The translations under genes were made by a program, and so were the position numbers. The notes beneath the pieces are model-generated. The model worked only from the letters and a program-made list of their open reading frames with translations. It searched no databases and was not told the DNA's origin. This document shows, in pieces, positions 1 to 8,777 of a stretch of 64,000 nucleotides of DNA (position 1 is the first letter of the stretch; the number at the start of each line of letters is the position of its first letter). Source of the DNA: Chitinophagaceae bacterium (lineage in GTDB: Bacteria; Bacteroidota; Bacteroidia; Chitinophagales; JADJOU01); the NCBI GenBank assembly GCA_017495115.1, contig JAFEIJ010000015.1, positions 73,481-137,480 of the forward strand, written 5' to 3'.

Positions 1-1010
1 TTTCCAACATTATTATAACTGTAATGTAATTGTAATGCTCCAAAATGAAGCCCAATTCCAACAGAAGGTTGCATGCTCAAAAAGGTCTCTCCTATTGGAT
101 TTATAGCTTTTGTAAAATTGGATAACCCTAATCTAAGATAAGCCGTATTCCAAAAACCAATTTCAGTTCCAACGGCTGCATCAATACTTAAAGGACCAAT
201 TGGTAATAATACATTACGTTGATCGGTATAAGCTACAAACTTAATAGAAGGCATAACGGTTATATTCTCATCATTAAAATCAAATTTAAAGCTTCCTCCA
301 AAATGGACAGCCGGTGCCGTTATTTCGATAGCCGAATTTGGAATTTCATTATCGGTAGCTTGAAAAACTTCTCGTTCTTTATCTGTAAAGGAGAAAGACC
401 ATGTATTAAATGTTGTCGTTCCGTCTTGCAAAAAAGCACCAATAATCAATTTTTCTTTTTTGTATTGAGCGCCTACATCAAAACCAAAACCCCATGCTTT
501 GGCAAAAGAACCATACGTTCGATGAATAATCTTTGCATTTCCTCCAATAGAAAGGCCTTCTATTTTATCTATTTTTTGAGCATAGGTTACAAATAAAGCA
601 TAATCGGCTATTGAAAAAGATCGAATATTATCGTAATTAATCGTATTATCAGGATTGTATAATTCGATAGTATTGGGTATATTATCGATTCCAAAACGCA
701 AAAGTGAAACGCCAAATGCTTTTCCTTCATTTAGTGGTAAAACGATTCCTGCATAATCAAAATTGGCTATACCGGCAAAATAAGACGTATGCATCGCTCC
801 AACGGTCGTGTATTCTATTTCAGAAATTGCTGATGGATTATAAAAAACTGAAGAAACATCTTCGGAACTACCAATTAATGATCCTCCCATAGCTGCATTT
901 CGACCACCAACATTTATTTTTAAAAACTCATTACTGTATTTCCTTACTGTCTGTCCTTTAATTTCAGACAAAATACTTAAAAGTAAAAAGATGTAAATTG
1001 TATTTTTCAT
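1..1010 (-). CDS. PorV/PorQ-family (FadL-like) outer-membrane beta-barrel protein; C-terminal end cut by the window edge
   Basis: Not in the ORF track because it runs off the edge. My own reverse translation from the ATG at 1010..1008 is open to position 1: MKNTIYIFLLLSILSEIKGQTVRKYSNEFLKINVGGRNAAMGGSLIGSSEDVSSVFYNPSAIS...GIGLHFGALQLHYSYNNVG. It has a signal peptide, the N-terminal G-x-R-x-A-A-M-G-G / YNP motif and an alternating beta-strand pattern, all typical of T9SS PorV/PorQ-type porins. Confidence 0.6.
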   Translation of the reverse strand, partial: MKNTIYIFLLLSILSEIKGQTVRKYSNEFLKINVGGRNAAMGGSLIGSSEDVSSVFYNPSAISEIEYTTVGAMHTSYFAGIANFDYAGIVLPLNEGKAFGVSLLRFGIDNIPNTIELYNPDNTINYDNIRSFSIADYALFVTYAQKIDKIEGLSIGGNAKIIHRTYGSFAKAWGFGFDVGAQYKKEKLIIGAFLQDGTTTFNTWSFSFTDKEREVFQATDNEIPNSAIEITAPAVHFGGSFKFDFNDENITVMPSIKFVAYTDQRNVLLPIGPLSIDAAVGTEIGFWNTAYLRLGLSNFTKAINPIGETFLSMQPSVGIGLHFGALQLHYSYNNVG

Positions 1011-1014
1011 TAAT

Positions 1015-1668
1015 TTAAAACTCAATCGAACTTAAAGTATATTTGTTATTTATTTGTTCCATAAATTCCAAAAATGCGTTGGTCGTATTTTGATTTTTTT
1101 CCCATTTTGAAATCTTTCCTGTCACCTGATTTAAGGCTTTAATTAAAATTTCTTTATCAGAATAAAAACGCATATACTCATGTTTTGTAAAGGACGAAAA
1201 CTGCTTCAAAAATAACTGATTTGCTACTTTATCATTGATTTTTTTTTCAACAAATGACTCAATGATACTTTCATCTATTAAACTAAGATCATTATAAAAA
1301 TCTTTTTCAATTCCTGGATAGTTTAGAACAATTAAATGATCTAGCCAAATTTCATAAAAAATATGTGCTAAAAAATTTTTTCTTTGGATATCTTTTAAAT
1401 ACGGATGATTTTGCATAAATACAATCATTTCATGCAAGAATGCTTTAAACTCTTCTCTTTGATGAAAGATAACATCATCATCATAATGTTTCAAAATTCC
1501 TTTTGAAATGCATTGAAATGTTTGATTTGTTTCTTCTTCAAGATTTTCTTTTGCGAGATATTTATTGAAATAAAATGAAAATTTTGGATAAATATCCGGA
1601 ATTGCCGCTCCTATTTTATAATATGGATTGGTATCTTTGATTCTAAAATAATGGGAAAGAAAGTTCAA
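1015..1668 (-). CDS. acyl carrier protein phosphodiesterase (AcpH)-like protein
   Basis: The N-terminal MNFLSHYF and the internal EIWLDHLIV resemble the MNFLAH and WDHFL motifs of the AcpH family. The gene starts 3 nt after the J-domain gene upstream of it and ends 4 nt before the PorV/PorQ-like gene downstream of it. Confidence 0.5.
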   Translation of the reverse strand: MNFLSHYFRIKDTNPYYKIGAAIPDIYPKFSFYFNKYLAKENLEEETNQTFQCISKGILKHYDDDVIFHQREEFKAFLHEMIVFMQNHPYLKDIQRKNFLAHIFYEIWLDHLIVLNYPGIEKDFYNDLSLIDESIIESFVEKKINDKVANQLFLKQFSSFTKHEYMRFYSDKEILIKALNQVTGKISKWEKNQNTTNAFLEFMEQINNKYTLSSIEF

Positions 1669-1671
1669 ATT

Positions 1672-2550
1672 CTAATATCTATTTTTGTAATACTTTTGTT
1701 CAAAATTTTCAATCAAAAAATATAAACTATCTGTTAAAGCCTCATCAGAAATATTTTTATTTTTCTTTTCGATATTTATCATTTTATTTAAAAAATCTTT
1801 TTTAACCTTATTTGAATCAATATTATAATCACAACGCAAAATAATCAGATTTGTTTTATATTCTATTTGTACTTCTTGAGTTTTTCGGCTACTTGCAAAT
1901 ATCATAAAAATAGTAACTAATCCAAAGAAAAATAACGGATAAAGAATTGGCTTATATTTTCTTACAAAAGTTTTAAATCGTTTTAAAAGGATTGGAAATT
2001 TATCTTTATTCGACAAATGCGAAATATTAATAATTTCAAAATATCTTTTAGTTTTCTTTTTACTTATTGAATTGTAGGCGGCTAACTCTACGTTTGTACT
2101 TTTGGCTTTAAACGCATTAAACCGTATTTTCTTATAACCCGAAGCACTTACTAATCCAATTGGATAAAGATAGACCGCATCGGCATTTTTAGTCCTCCAA
2201 TAAAATTCAATAACTTCGTTTGAAAAAATTTGTGAACGATTGCAATAAAAAAACTCAATTTCAGGAATCAAACTTGAATAATTCGTTGGATTTGGATTCG
2301 GTATTTGATTTGAAAAATTGTTAGATTTTAAAGAATGATCGTAAAGACTTTTTTTTGTTGGATCTGAAAGCGTTTCATATGCTTCTACGATTTGAATAAA
2401 TAAATCTTGGTGGTTTGGATTTTTATCGGGATGATATTTTATCACCAATTTTCGATACGCCGTTTTGACTTCATTTAATGAAGCATTAGTTGATACGTTT
2501 AAAATTTGATAGTAATTTTTTCTCAAAATAAAGTCAAATATTTTTTGCAA
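1672..2550 (-). CDS. J-domain (DnaJ-like) membrane protein
   Basis: YYQILNVSTNASLNEVKTAYRKLVIKYHPDKN is a canonical J domain with the HPD tripeptide. There is one hydrophobic helix (ILYPLFFFGLVTIFMIFASS). Confidence 0.8.
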   Translation of the reverse strand: MQKIFDFILRKNYYQILNVSTNASLNEVKTAYRKLVIKYHPDKNPNHQDLFIQIVEAYETLSDPTKKSLYDHSLKSNNFSNQIPNPNPTNYSSLIPEIEFFYCNRSQIFSNEVIEFYWRTKNADAVYLYPIGLVSASGYKKIRFNAFKAKSTNVELAAYNSISKKKTKRYFEIINISHLSNKDKFPILLKRFKTFVRKYKPILYPLFFFGLVTIFMIFASSRKTQEVQIEYKTNLIILRCDYNIDSNKVKKDFLNKMINIEKKNKNISDEALTDSLYFLIENFEQKYYKNRY

Positions 2551-2576
2551 TTATAATCAAATATAATAGAACTTAA

Positions 2577-4133
2577 CTAAATTTTAGATTCATAAAAAGC
2601 TATTGGTATAATCATTTCTTCAAGAGAAATACCTCCATGTTGATAGCTTTCTTTAAAAAAATTAACAAACTGATTGTAGTTATTTTGATATATGAGAAAA
2701 TAATCTTCTTTAGCAAAAATATAAGATGTACTGACATTGGATTGAGGCAATTCTATATCTTGTGGATTTCGAACTAAAAAAACTTCTTTTTCATTAAACT
2801 GTAAATTTTTCCCTGCTTTATACCTTATATTGTTTGATGTTTGTTTATCGCCTTGGCATTTTGAAGGTTTTTGAACTTGAGTCGTTCCATGGTCGGTAGT
2901 TATGATGATATTTACTTTTCGATCGGCTAATTTTTTCAGTAAACTATGCAAACTGGAATTTTCAAACCAAGTCAACGTTAAAGCTCTAAAGGCTTTATCA
3001 TCTCTTGCTAATTCTTTCATCACTTCCATTTCGGTGCGTGCATGGGAAACCATATCGACAAAATTATAAACAATAACATTTACCTTATTTTCCATAAAAT
3101 GATTGATATTCTGAACGACTTCGTTTCCTTGTTCCCGTTTAATAACTTTTGAATAGGAGTACTTAATAGGATCTTTAAAGTTTTGTTTTAACTGATTTTC
3201 AAACAATTCTTTTTCATACATATTCTTACCGCCTTCTTCATCATCATAGACCCATAATTTCGGGTATTTTTGCTGAATTTGCAATGGAGTAAGTCCTGAA
3301 AAAATAGCATTTCTGCTGTATTGAGTAGCTGTAGGTAAAATACTTAAAAACAACTCTTCCTTTTTGTAATCTAAAATTTCATCAAAATATGGTTGAATCA
3401 TTTTCCATTGATCATATCTCAGATTATCTATTAAAATTAAAAATGTCGGACGATCTTTTACAAACCAATCATAAGCATATTTTTTCAAAACATTATGAGA
3501 CATTGCTGGTGCATCCGCAGGATTTTTGAGCCAATTTTGATAATTTTTTATGACAAATTTATTAAATTCGGTATTAGCTTCTTTTTTCTGCAAATTATAA
3601 ATCTGCTCCATTTCACTACTATTGCTGTTAACAAGTTCAAGCTCCCAATAGGTTAAATTTTTATATAGTTCAAACCACTCTTTGTAATCATTAACTGATT
3701 GAATTTCAGCAAACAATCGTTGAAATTCTTGTTGATAGGCTCTACTTGTTTTTTGAGTAACCAACTTTTTATTTTCAGTTAGTTTTTTTAAAGTCAATAC
3801 TATTTGTTGAGGTTTAACCGGTTTTATTAAATAATCTGCAATTTGAGAACCAATTGCTTCTTCCATTAAATCTTCTTCTTCATTTTTTGTAATTAAAACA
3901 ACTGGAATATTCGGTTTTATCCTTTTAATTTCTTGAAGCGTTTCCAAACCACTCAATCCTGGCATACTTTCATCTAAAAAAATAATGTCGAAAGGTTCTT
4001 CTTTAGTCATTTGAATGGCGTCATTTCCATTACTAACCGAACTAACCTGATAGCCTTTGTCTTCGAGATAAATAATATGTGATTTAAGAAAATCGACCTC
4101 ATCATCTGCCCATAGTATTCTGATTTTTTCCAT
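2577..4133 (-). CDS. porX: T9SS response regulator PorX (receiver domain plus PglZ/alkaline-phosphatase-like domain)
   Basis: The 518-aa protein has an N-terminal CheY-like receiver (ILWADDE...FLDESMPGLSGLE...LIKPV). The C-terminal part has PglZ-like motifs (LIDNLRYDQW, TTDHGT, HGGISLEE). Length and architecture match PorX. Confidence 0.8.
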   Translation of the reverse strand: MEKIRILWADDEVDFLKSHIIYLEDKGYQVSSVSNGNDAIQMTKEEPFDIIFLDESMPGLSGLETLQEIKRIKPNIPVVLITKNEEEDLMEEAIGSQIADYLIKPVKPQQIVLTLKKLTENKKLVTQKTSRAYQQEFQRLFAEIQSVNDYKEWFELYKNLTYWELELVNSNSSEMEQIYNLQKKEANTEFNKFVIKNYQNWLKNPADAPAMSHNVLKKYAYDWFVKDRPTFLILIDNLRYDQWKMIQPYFDEILDYKKEELFLSILPTATQYSRNAIFSGLTPLQIQQKYPKLWVYDDEEGGKNMYEKELFENQLKQNFKDPIKYSYSKVIKREQGNEVVQNINHFMENKVNVIVYNFVDMVSHARTEMEVMKELARDDKAFRALTLTWFENSSLHSLLKKLADRKVNIIITTDHGTTQVQKPSKCQGDKQTSNNIRYKAGKNLQFNEKEVFLVRNPQDIELPQSNVSTSYIFAKEDYFLIYQNNYNQFVNFFKESYQHGGISLEEMIIPIAFYESKI

Positions 4134-4141
4134 AAATTTTA

Positions 4142-4149
4142 TATCTTTG
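4142..4149 (+). promoter_or_regulatory. candidate Bacteroidota -7 box (TAnnTTTG)
   Basis: TATCTTTG ends 17 nt upstream of the ATG at 4167. Confidence 0.35.
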
Positions 4150-4166
4150 TATTTTACTTCATTTTA

Positions 4167-5135
4167 ATGTTTCGAATTATTCTTCTTATTATATTAAACC
4201 TAACGTTTGTTCTTCTAAATTTATTATTTAAAGATGGTATAAATATAATGCAAATCTATCAAAATGAAACCAATACCTTTGGATCTATTTTAGAACTGCG
4301 ATCTTTATCTATTCTTCTTGCTATTGGAGCGGGTGCGGGTTTATCGCTTGTTGGATTGTTTCTACAAACTATTTTCTCGAATCCTCTAGCTTCGCCATTT
4401 ACACTTGGCATATCTCCTATTGTATCTTTAATTGTGAGTATTTTTTTAATTTTCATTCCAACCTTAGGTTATTTTTCGATTTATTGGTTATATTTAGTTC
4501 AATTTTTAGTTTCGATGATTGCCGCATTAGGTCTACTTTTTTGGATTCAAAAAATCAATAAAAATAATGGTAATGCAACATTTATAATTTTAATTGGTGT
4601 TTTATTGGGTTCATTTTCAGGCGCGATTCAACAAATTATTGAGTTTAACCTAAGCGCCGATTTATTAAAACAAAATGCTTTATGGAATTTAGGGAATTTT
4701 CAAGCTTTTGCGCTTTGGATTCCAATTGCCGTTTTGTTTATCATCATTATTTGTTCCATATTTTTAAAAAAAATGACATATCAAGCCAATATTTTTTTAC
4801 TAGGAATACAATATGCTCGAAATTTAGGATTGGATACAAATCAATTTATAAAAATTATTATTTTTATTTCTTCAATAATTACTTCTGTTATTACAATTAC
4901 ATGCGGACCTATTGGATTTATTGGACTAATGGCACCTCATATATCTAAAATTTGGCTCAAATCTAATAATCATAAAGTTGTTTTTCTGCCTACTTTATTA
5001 ATTGGAATTTTCTTTTGCCTTTTTGCTTTATGGACAAGTCAACTTGAATTTTGGAATGGCTCTTTATCAATAAATATTGTTTTGAGCATTATTGGCGTGC
5101 CATTCACACTTTTTTTACTTTTAAAAAGAAATTAA
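4167..5135 (+). CDS. FecCD/BtuC-family ABC transporter permease (iron-chelate/cobalamin type)
   Basis: The 322-aa protein is polytopic, with the FecCD-like segments GAGLSLVGLFLQTIFSNPLASPFTLGIS and GPIGFIGLMAPHI. Confidence 0.7.
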   Translation: MFRIILLIILNLTFVLLNLLFKDGINIMQIYQNETNTFGSILELRSLSILLAIGAGAGLSLVGLFLQTIFSNPLASPFTLGISPIVSLIVSIFLIFIPTLGYFSIYWLYLVQFLVSMIAALGLLFWIQKINKNNGNATFIILIGVLLGSFSGAIQQIIEFNLSADLLKQNALWNLGNFQAFALWIPIAVLFIIIICSIFLKKMTYQANIFLLGIQYARNLGLDTNQFIKIIIFISSIITSVITITCGPIGFIGLMAPHISKIWLKSNNHKVVFLPTLLIGIFFCLFALWTSQLEFWNGSLSINIVLSIIGVPFTLFLLLKRN

Positions 5136-5147
5136 AAGGAAAGTAAA

Positions 5148-6182
5148 ATGACGGAACCATTTATTTTTGTTGATTTTGATTCGTTTGAAATTTCAAAAAA
5201 TGATTTTCAGGATTCCTATTATGATCAAGTTTTAGATTTTATTATTTCTTTGAAAAATGAAAACTGGACCTTACAAGTTAAATCTTCGGGAAGTACTGGA
5301 ACACCAAAAGTTTTTAATTTTACAAAAGAACAAGCCATCACAAGCGCAAAAATTTCCAATTCTTTTTTTGGAATTAATAAAAACTCAACATTATTACTTC
5401 CTCTTTCTATTGAATTTATCGCTGCAAAAATGCTTCTCATTCGAGCATTTGAAGCCAAATGTAAAATTTACATTCAAAAACCAAATACAAATCCAATCAA
5501 AGATTTACTTAAAAAAATTGATTTTATTTCATTATCGCCTTATCAAGTTCAAAATATTTTAGAACAAAACCCTGAAAAATTTAATTTAATTAAAAAGTGT
5601 TTGATTGGTGGCGCCGCATTGCATCCAAAGTGGATAGAAAAACTAAAAGAACTCAATTCAAATTGTCTATTTTACGAAAGTTTTGGAATGACGGAAACAC
5701 TCAGTCATTTTGCAATAAAAGAATTATTAACGGATCATTTAGGTTTTAAAAAATTATCAGAATATCAAATAGCAACCAATTTAGAGCAACAATTAATCAT
5801 TTCGCATCCAATTATCGTTCCAAATCCATTAACTACAAATGACATCGTTGAAATTATAGATTCAGAGGATTTTAATTTTATTGGGCGAAAAGATTTTACA
5901 GTAAATAGTGGTGGCATTAAAATCCAAATTGAACCTTTAGAAAAGGAGATGGAAAAATTCATTAATTTTCCTTTTTTTCTTTCAAAAAAAAATAATGAAA
6001 AATTTGGAGAAATATTGGTGTTTTGTTTTCTAAAAAATGAAAACATTTTGGATGAACAAATTTTTGAGTTGTTCAAATCAATTCCAATTACAAAATATCA
6101 AATCCCTAGAGAAGTGATTCGCTTAGAAACTTTTAAACATACGGAAAACGGAAAAATTATTCGTAAGTTAGACCAATATTAA
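5148..6182 (+). CDS. short adenylate-forming (AMP-binding) enzyme, MenE/o-succinylbenzoate-CoA ligase-like
   Basis: It carries the SSGSTGTPK AMP-binding signature, the ESFGMTET motif and a C-terminal GKIIRK. Confidence 0.6.
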   Translation: MTEPFIFVDFDSFEISKNDFQDSYYDQVLDFIISLKNENWTLQVKSSGSTGTPKVFNFTKEQAITSAKISNSFFGINKNSTLLLPLSIEFIAAKMLLIRAFEAKCKIYIQKPNTNPIKDLLKKIDFISLSPYQVQNILEQNPEKFNLIKKCLIGGAALHPKWIEKLKELNSNCLFYESFGMTETLSHFAIKELLTDHLGFKKLSEYQIATNLEQQLIISHPIIVPNPLTTNDIVEIIDSEDFNFIGRKDFTVNSGGIKIQIEPLEKEMEKFINFPFFLSKKNNEKFGEILVFCFLKNENILDEQIFELFKSIPITKYQIPREVIRLETFKHTENGKIIRKLDQY

Positions 6183-6189
6183 AGTCAAA

Positions 6190-6711
6190 TTATTCTTTTA
6201 CATGAAGAATTCGCTGTAATTCTTTGGCTTCCGAGATTTTAATTCGACCCGCCAAAAACAATCGCATTTCTCTTCGTTGTTGCGCCAACTCAAAATCATT
6301 TTTCTCCTCATCAGTTTCTGCTAATATGGGTGCAATATTTTTAGGTTTTCCGTTACTATCCAAAGCTACAAATGTATAAAACGCACTATTACACTTATAT
6401 TTATTTTTTGTTGGTAAATTTTCGGCCCAAACTTCAATTTTGACTTCCATCGAAGTACTAAAAGCGCGTGTTACTTTTGACGCTATTTGCACGACATCAC
6501 CCATTTTAATAGGATTTTCAAAAGAAACTTGATCTACAGATACCGTAACAACGACTGCTTCGGCGTGTCTTCCTGCACTGATTGCAGAACAGATATCCAT
6601 CCAATGTAATATTTTGCCTCCTCTTAAATTATGAATCGCATTCGTATCATTTGGCAATACCATTTCCATCATATTTGCATATGATTCACTCGCTTTTTTA
6701 GGTTGTAACAT
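6190..6711 (-). CDS. acyl-CoA thioesterase (hotdog fold, YciA/BFIT-like)
   Basis: MMEMVLPNDTNAIHNLRGGKILHWMD...VVTVSVDQVSFENPIKMGD is typical of hotdog acyl-CoA thioester hydrolases. Confidence 0.8.
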   Translation of the reverse strand: MLQPKKASESYANMMEMVLPNDTNAIHNLRGGKILHWMDICSAISAGRHAEAVVVTVSVDQVSFENPIKMGDVVQIASKVTRAFSTSMEVKIEVWAENLPTKNKYKCNSAFYTFVALDSNGKPKNIAPILAETDEEKNDFELAQQRREMRLFLAGRIKISEAKELQRILHVKE

Positions 6712-7321
6712 TGTTTTTTTTATTTAAAAAATGAAGAAATAAATACATTGAAAAAGTCGCCCAAAATACACCAATCAAACTACCAACCAAAACATCTTCT
6801 TTAAAATGAGCCAAAAGATATATCCGAGCCACACCTACCAATATTGCGGATAGTATAAGGATTAACATATACCTCTTTTTAGGATTTAAAAATAAAGCAA
6901 TTGTAGTTAAAATAAAAAATGCCGTTGTCGTATGGCCCGAAGGAAAACTTTGATGATATAATAAAGGAATATTCTCGGGCATTTGAAAATCATAATTTTT
7001 GAAATACGATAATGGACGAGGGAAGTTAAAATATTTTTTGAGCAATCTGACAGTTAACATTTGACCTAAAAATCCTATTAAAAAAAAACACAATTGAAAT
7101 CTATGTTTTAAAAGAAGATAAACTCCTATAATCATAACTAAAAACCATTCGCCTAAGATATTAAATACTTTAAACAAAACATCAAAAAAGGGAGTTTGTA
7201 GCTTATTTAATAAAATAACTTCATCGCCTTTATTTATATAAAACATACTGATTGAAGCTAAAATAACAAATAATAAATAAACCAAAAAGTAAAATTTGAT
7301 TGCATTAAAATTCTTGATCAT
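6698..7321 (-). CDS. PAP2-family phosphatase (membrane)
   Basis: All three PAP2 motifs are present: KKYFNFPRP (K-x6-RP), FPSGHTT (PSGH) and ARIYLLAHFKED (R-x5-H-x3-D). Confidence 0.85.
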   Translation of the reverse strand: MIKNFNAIKFYFLVYLLFVILASISMFYINKGDEVILLNKLQTPFFDVLFKVFNILGEWFLVMIIGVYLLLKHRFQLCFFLIGFLGQMLTVRLLKKYFNFPRPLSYFKNYDFQMPENIPLLYHQSFPSGHTTTAFFILTTIALFLNPKKRYMLILILSAILVGVARIYLLAHFKEDVLVGSLIGVFWATFSMYLFLHFLNKKNNVTT

Positions 7322-8766
7322 TTCCTTTTTTTAAATTTATTTTTTAACTTGACAAAATACATTTGATAGGAATCAAAATCCAATAAAGCGCTGTCATTTT
7401 TAGCTTTTATTGTGAGGTAAAAACCAAATAATCCAAAAACTACCGTCGGAATCCACATGCCTATCCAAGGCAATAAGGCTTCATTTTCACAAATCTTTTT
7501 TATCGAAATATTAGACATTAAATAAATAATAAACAAGACTACTGAAATCAACATTGGCCAACCCAATCCGCCTTTTTTGATAATAGCGCCCAAAGGAGCT
7601 CCAACAAAAAATAAAACCAAACAAGACAACGCAAAGGTGTATTTAAAATGCCATTCGACTTTGAATAAATTTTGTAAAGAACGATTATAAGTTATTTCTG
7701 AAACGGCTACATAAATATTATTTTTAATATTCCTAGCTTTGTTTGTTGCAATAACTCGAAATTGTTTAATTTGATCCGGACTCAATTTTTTCAAACTATC
7801 TTTCAAATTGACTTTCCCCAAATTATTTTTTGAAACTAGGGCTTGATTAATTTGTAAAGATTGCAATTGAATCGACATTTCTTTATTCTTTTTGGCAATA
7901 AATGACTCAAAGGTATCGATTTCTTTATTTAGCTCATTGGCAGTAAGCATAAATCTTCGATCTTCCGAAGATTTACCAAATTTATCATTGAGCTTAAATT
8001 GCGTAAGGTCAAATCGTTTTTCATAGCTTTTAAATTTCACTTTATAAAATGGAAACTTAGGATTATCTGAACTATTTGAAGCCTCTTCGGTATATCGAAC
8101 ACCAGAATCCAAGCGCATTATCAATACTTTTCCATCTTCCGACTGTTTAAATGTTCCTTTTTGAGCCATCAAAATGTTTTCATTTCCTTTACCTTCTTGA
8201 TGATTATATATTTTTAAATTAAATAAATCGCCCGTTTTTTCATTTTTTTCTTCAATCCGAATACTAACTCCAGCAATTCCATTATAAAATGTTTTGGGTT
8301 TGATTAACAACGCAGGTTTTAAATTCCTTACATCTTGAAGCATACTATCCGCAACATTTTTAACTTCTGTGAGAACAAAATTTGCAAAATAAAATGCAAA
8401 AATGGAAAGAAAGAAACTAAAGAAAATCAAGCTTTTGAAAAAACGAAACAACGAAATACCAGAAGCTTTGGCAGCCGAAAGCTCAAAGTGTTCACCAAAT
8501 CGACCCATCGTCATGATACTACTTAATAAAACTGCAATAGGCAGAGCCATTGGTATTAGCGTTAATGCCATATAGTAAATCAACTTAAGAATAATCATTG
8601 TACTTAAGCCTTTACCAATCATATCATCGATATATTTCCAAAGAAATTGCATTATAACCACAAACCATGCAATTAGAAATGTAGCCAAAAAAGGCCCAAT
8701 GTATGATTTTAAAACATACCAATCTATTTTCTTAAACTTAAAAAAATCGATAAATCGATACTTCAT
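7318..8766 (-). CDS. LptF/LptG-family (YjgP/YjgQ) permease
   Basis: The 482-aa protein has the N-terminal ILKSYIGPF-type start, three TM helices, a large periplasmic insert, then three more TM helices. It overlaps the next gene by 4 nt. Confidence 0.75.
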   Translation of the reverse strand: MKYRFIDFFKFKKIDWYVLKSYIGPFLATFLIAWFVVIMQFLWKYIDDMIGKGLSTMIILKLIYYMALTLIPMALPIAVLLSSIMTMGRFGEHFELSAAKASGISLFRFFKSLIFFSFFLSIFAFYFANFVLTEVKNVADSMLQDVRNLKPALLIKPKTFYNGIAGVSIRIEEKNEKTGDLFNLKIYNHQEGKGNENILMAQKGTFKQSEDGKVLIMRLDSGVRYTEEASNSSDNPKFPFYKVKFKSYEKRFDLTQFKLNDKFGKSSEDRRFMLTANELNKEIDTFESFIAKKNKEMSIQLQSLQINQALVSKNNLGKVNLKDSLKKLSPDQIKQFRVIATNKARNIKNNIYVAVSEITYNRSLQNLFKVEWHFKYTFALSCLVLFFVGAPLGAIIKKGGLGWPMLISVVLFIIYLMSNISIKKICENEALLPWIGMWIPTVVFGLFGFYLTIKAKNDSALLDFDSYQMYFVKLKNKFKKRK

Positions 8767-8777
8767 TTAAAAATATA

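Noticed and set aside
219-892. Plus-strand ORFs 219-596 and 704-892
   Set aside because: They are antisense to the well-supported PorV/PorQ-like ORF that is open across 1-1010. Their translations are low-complexity with no recognisable motifs.
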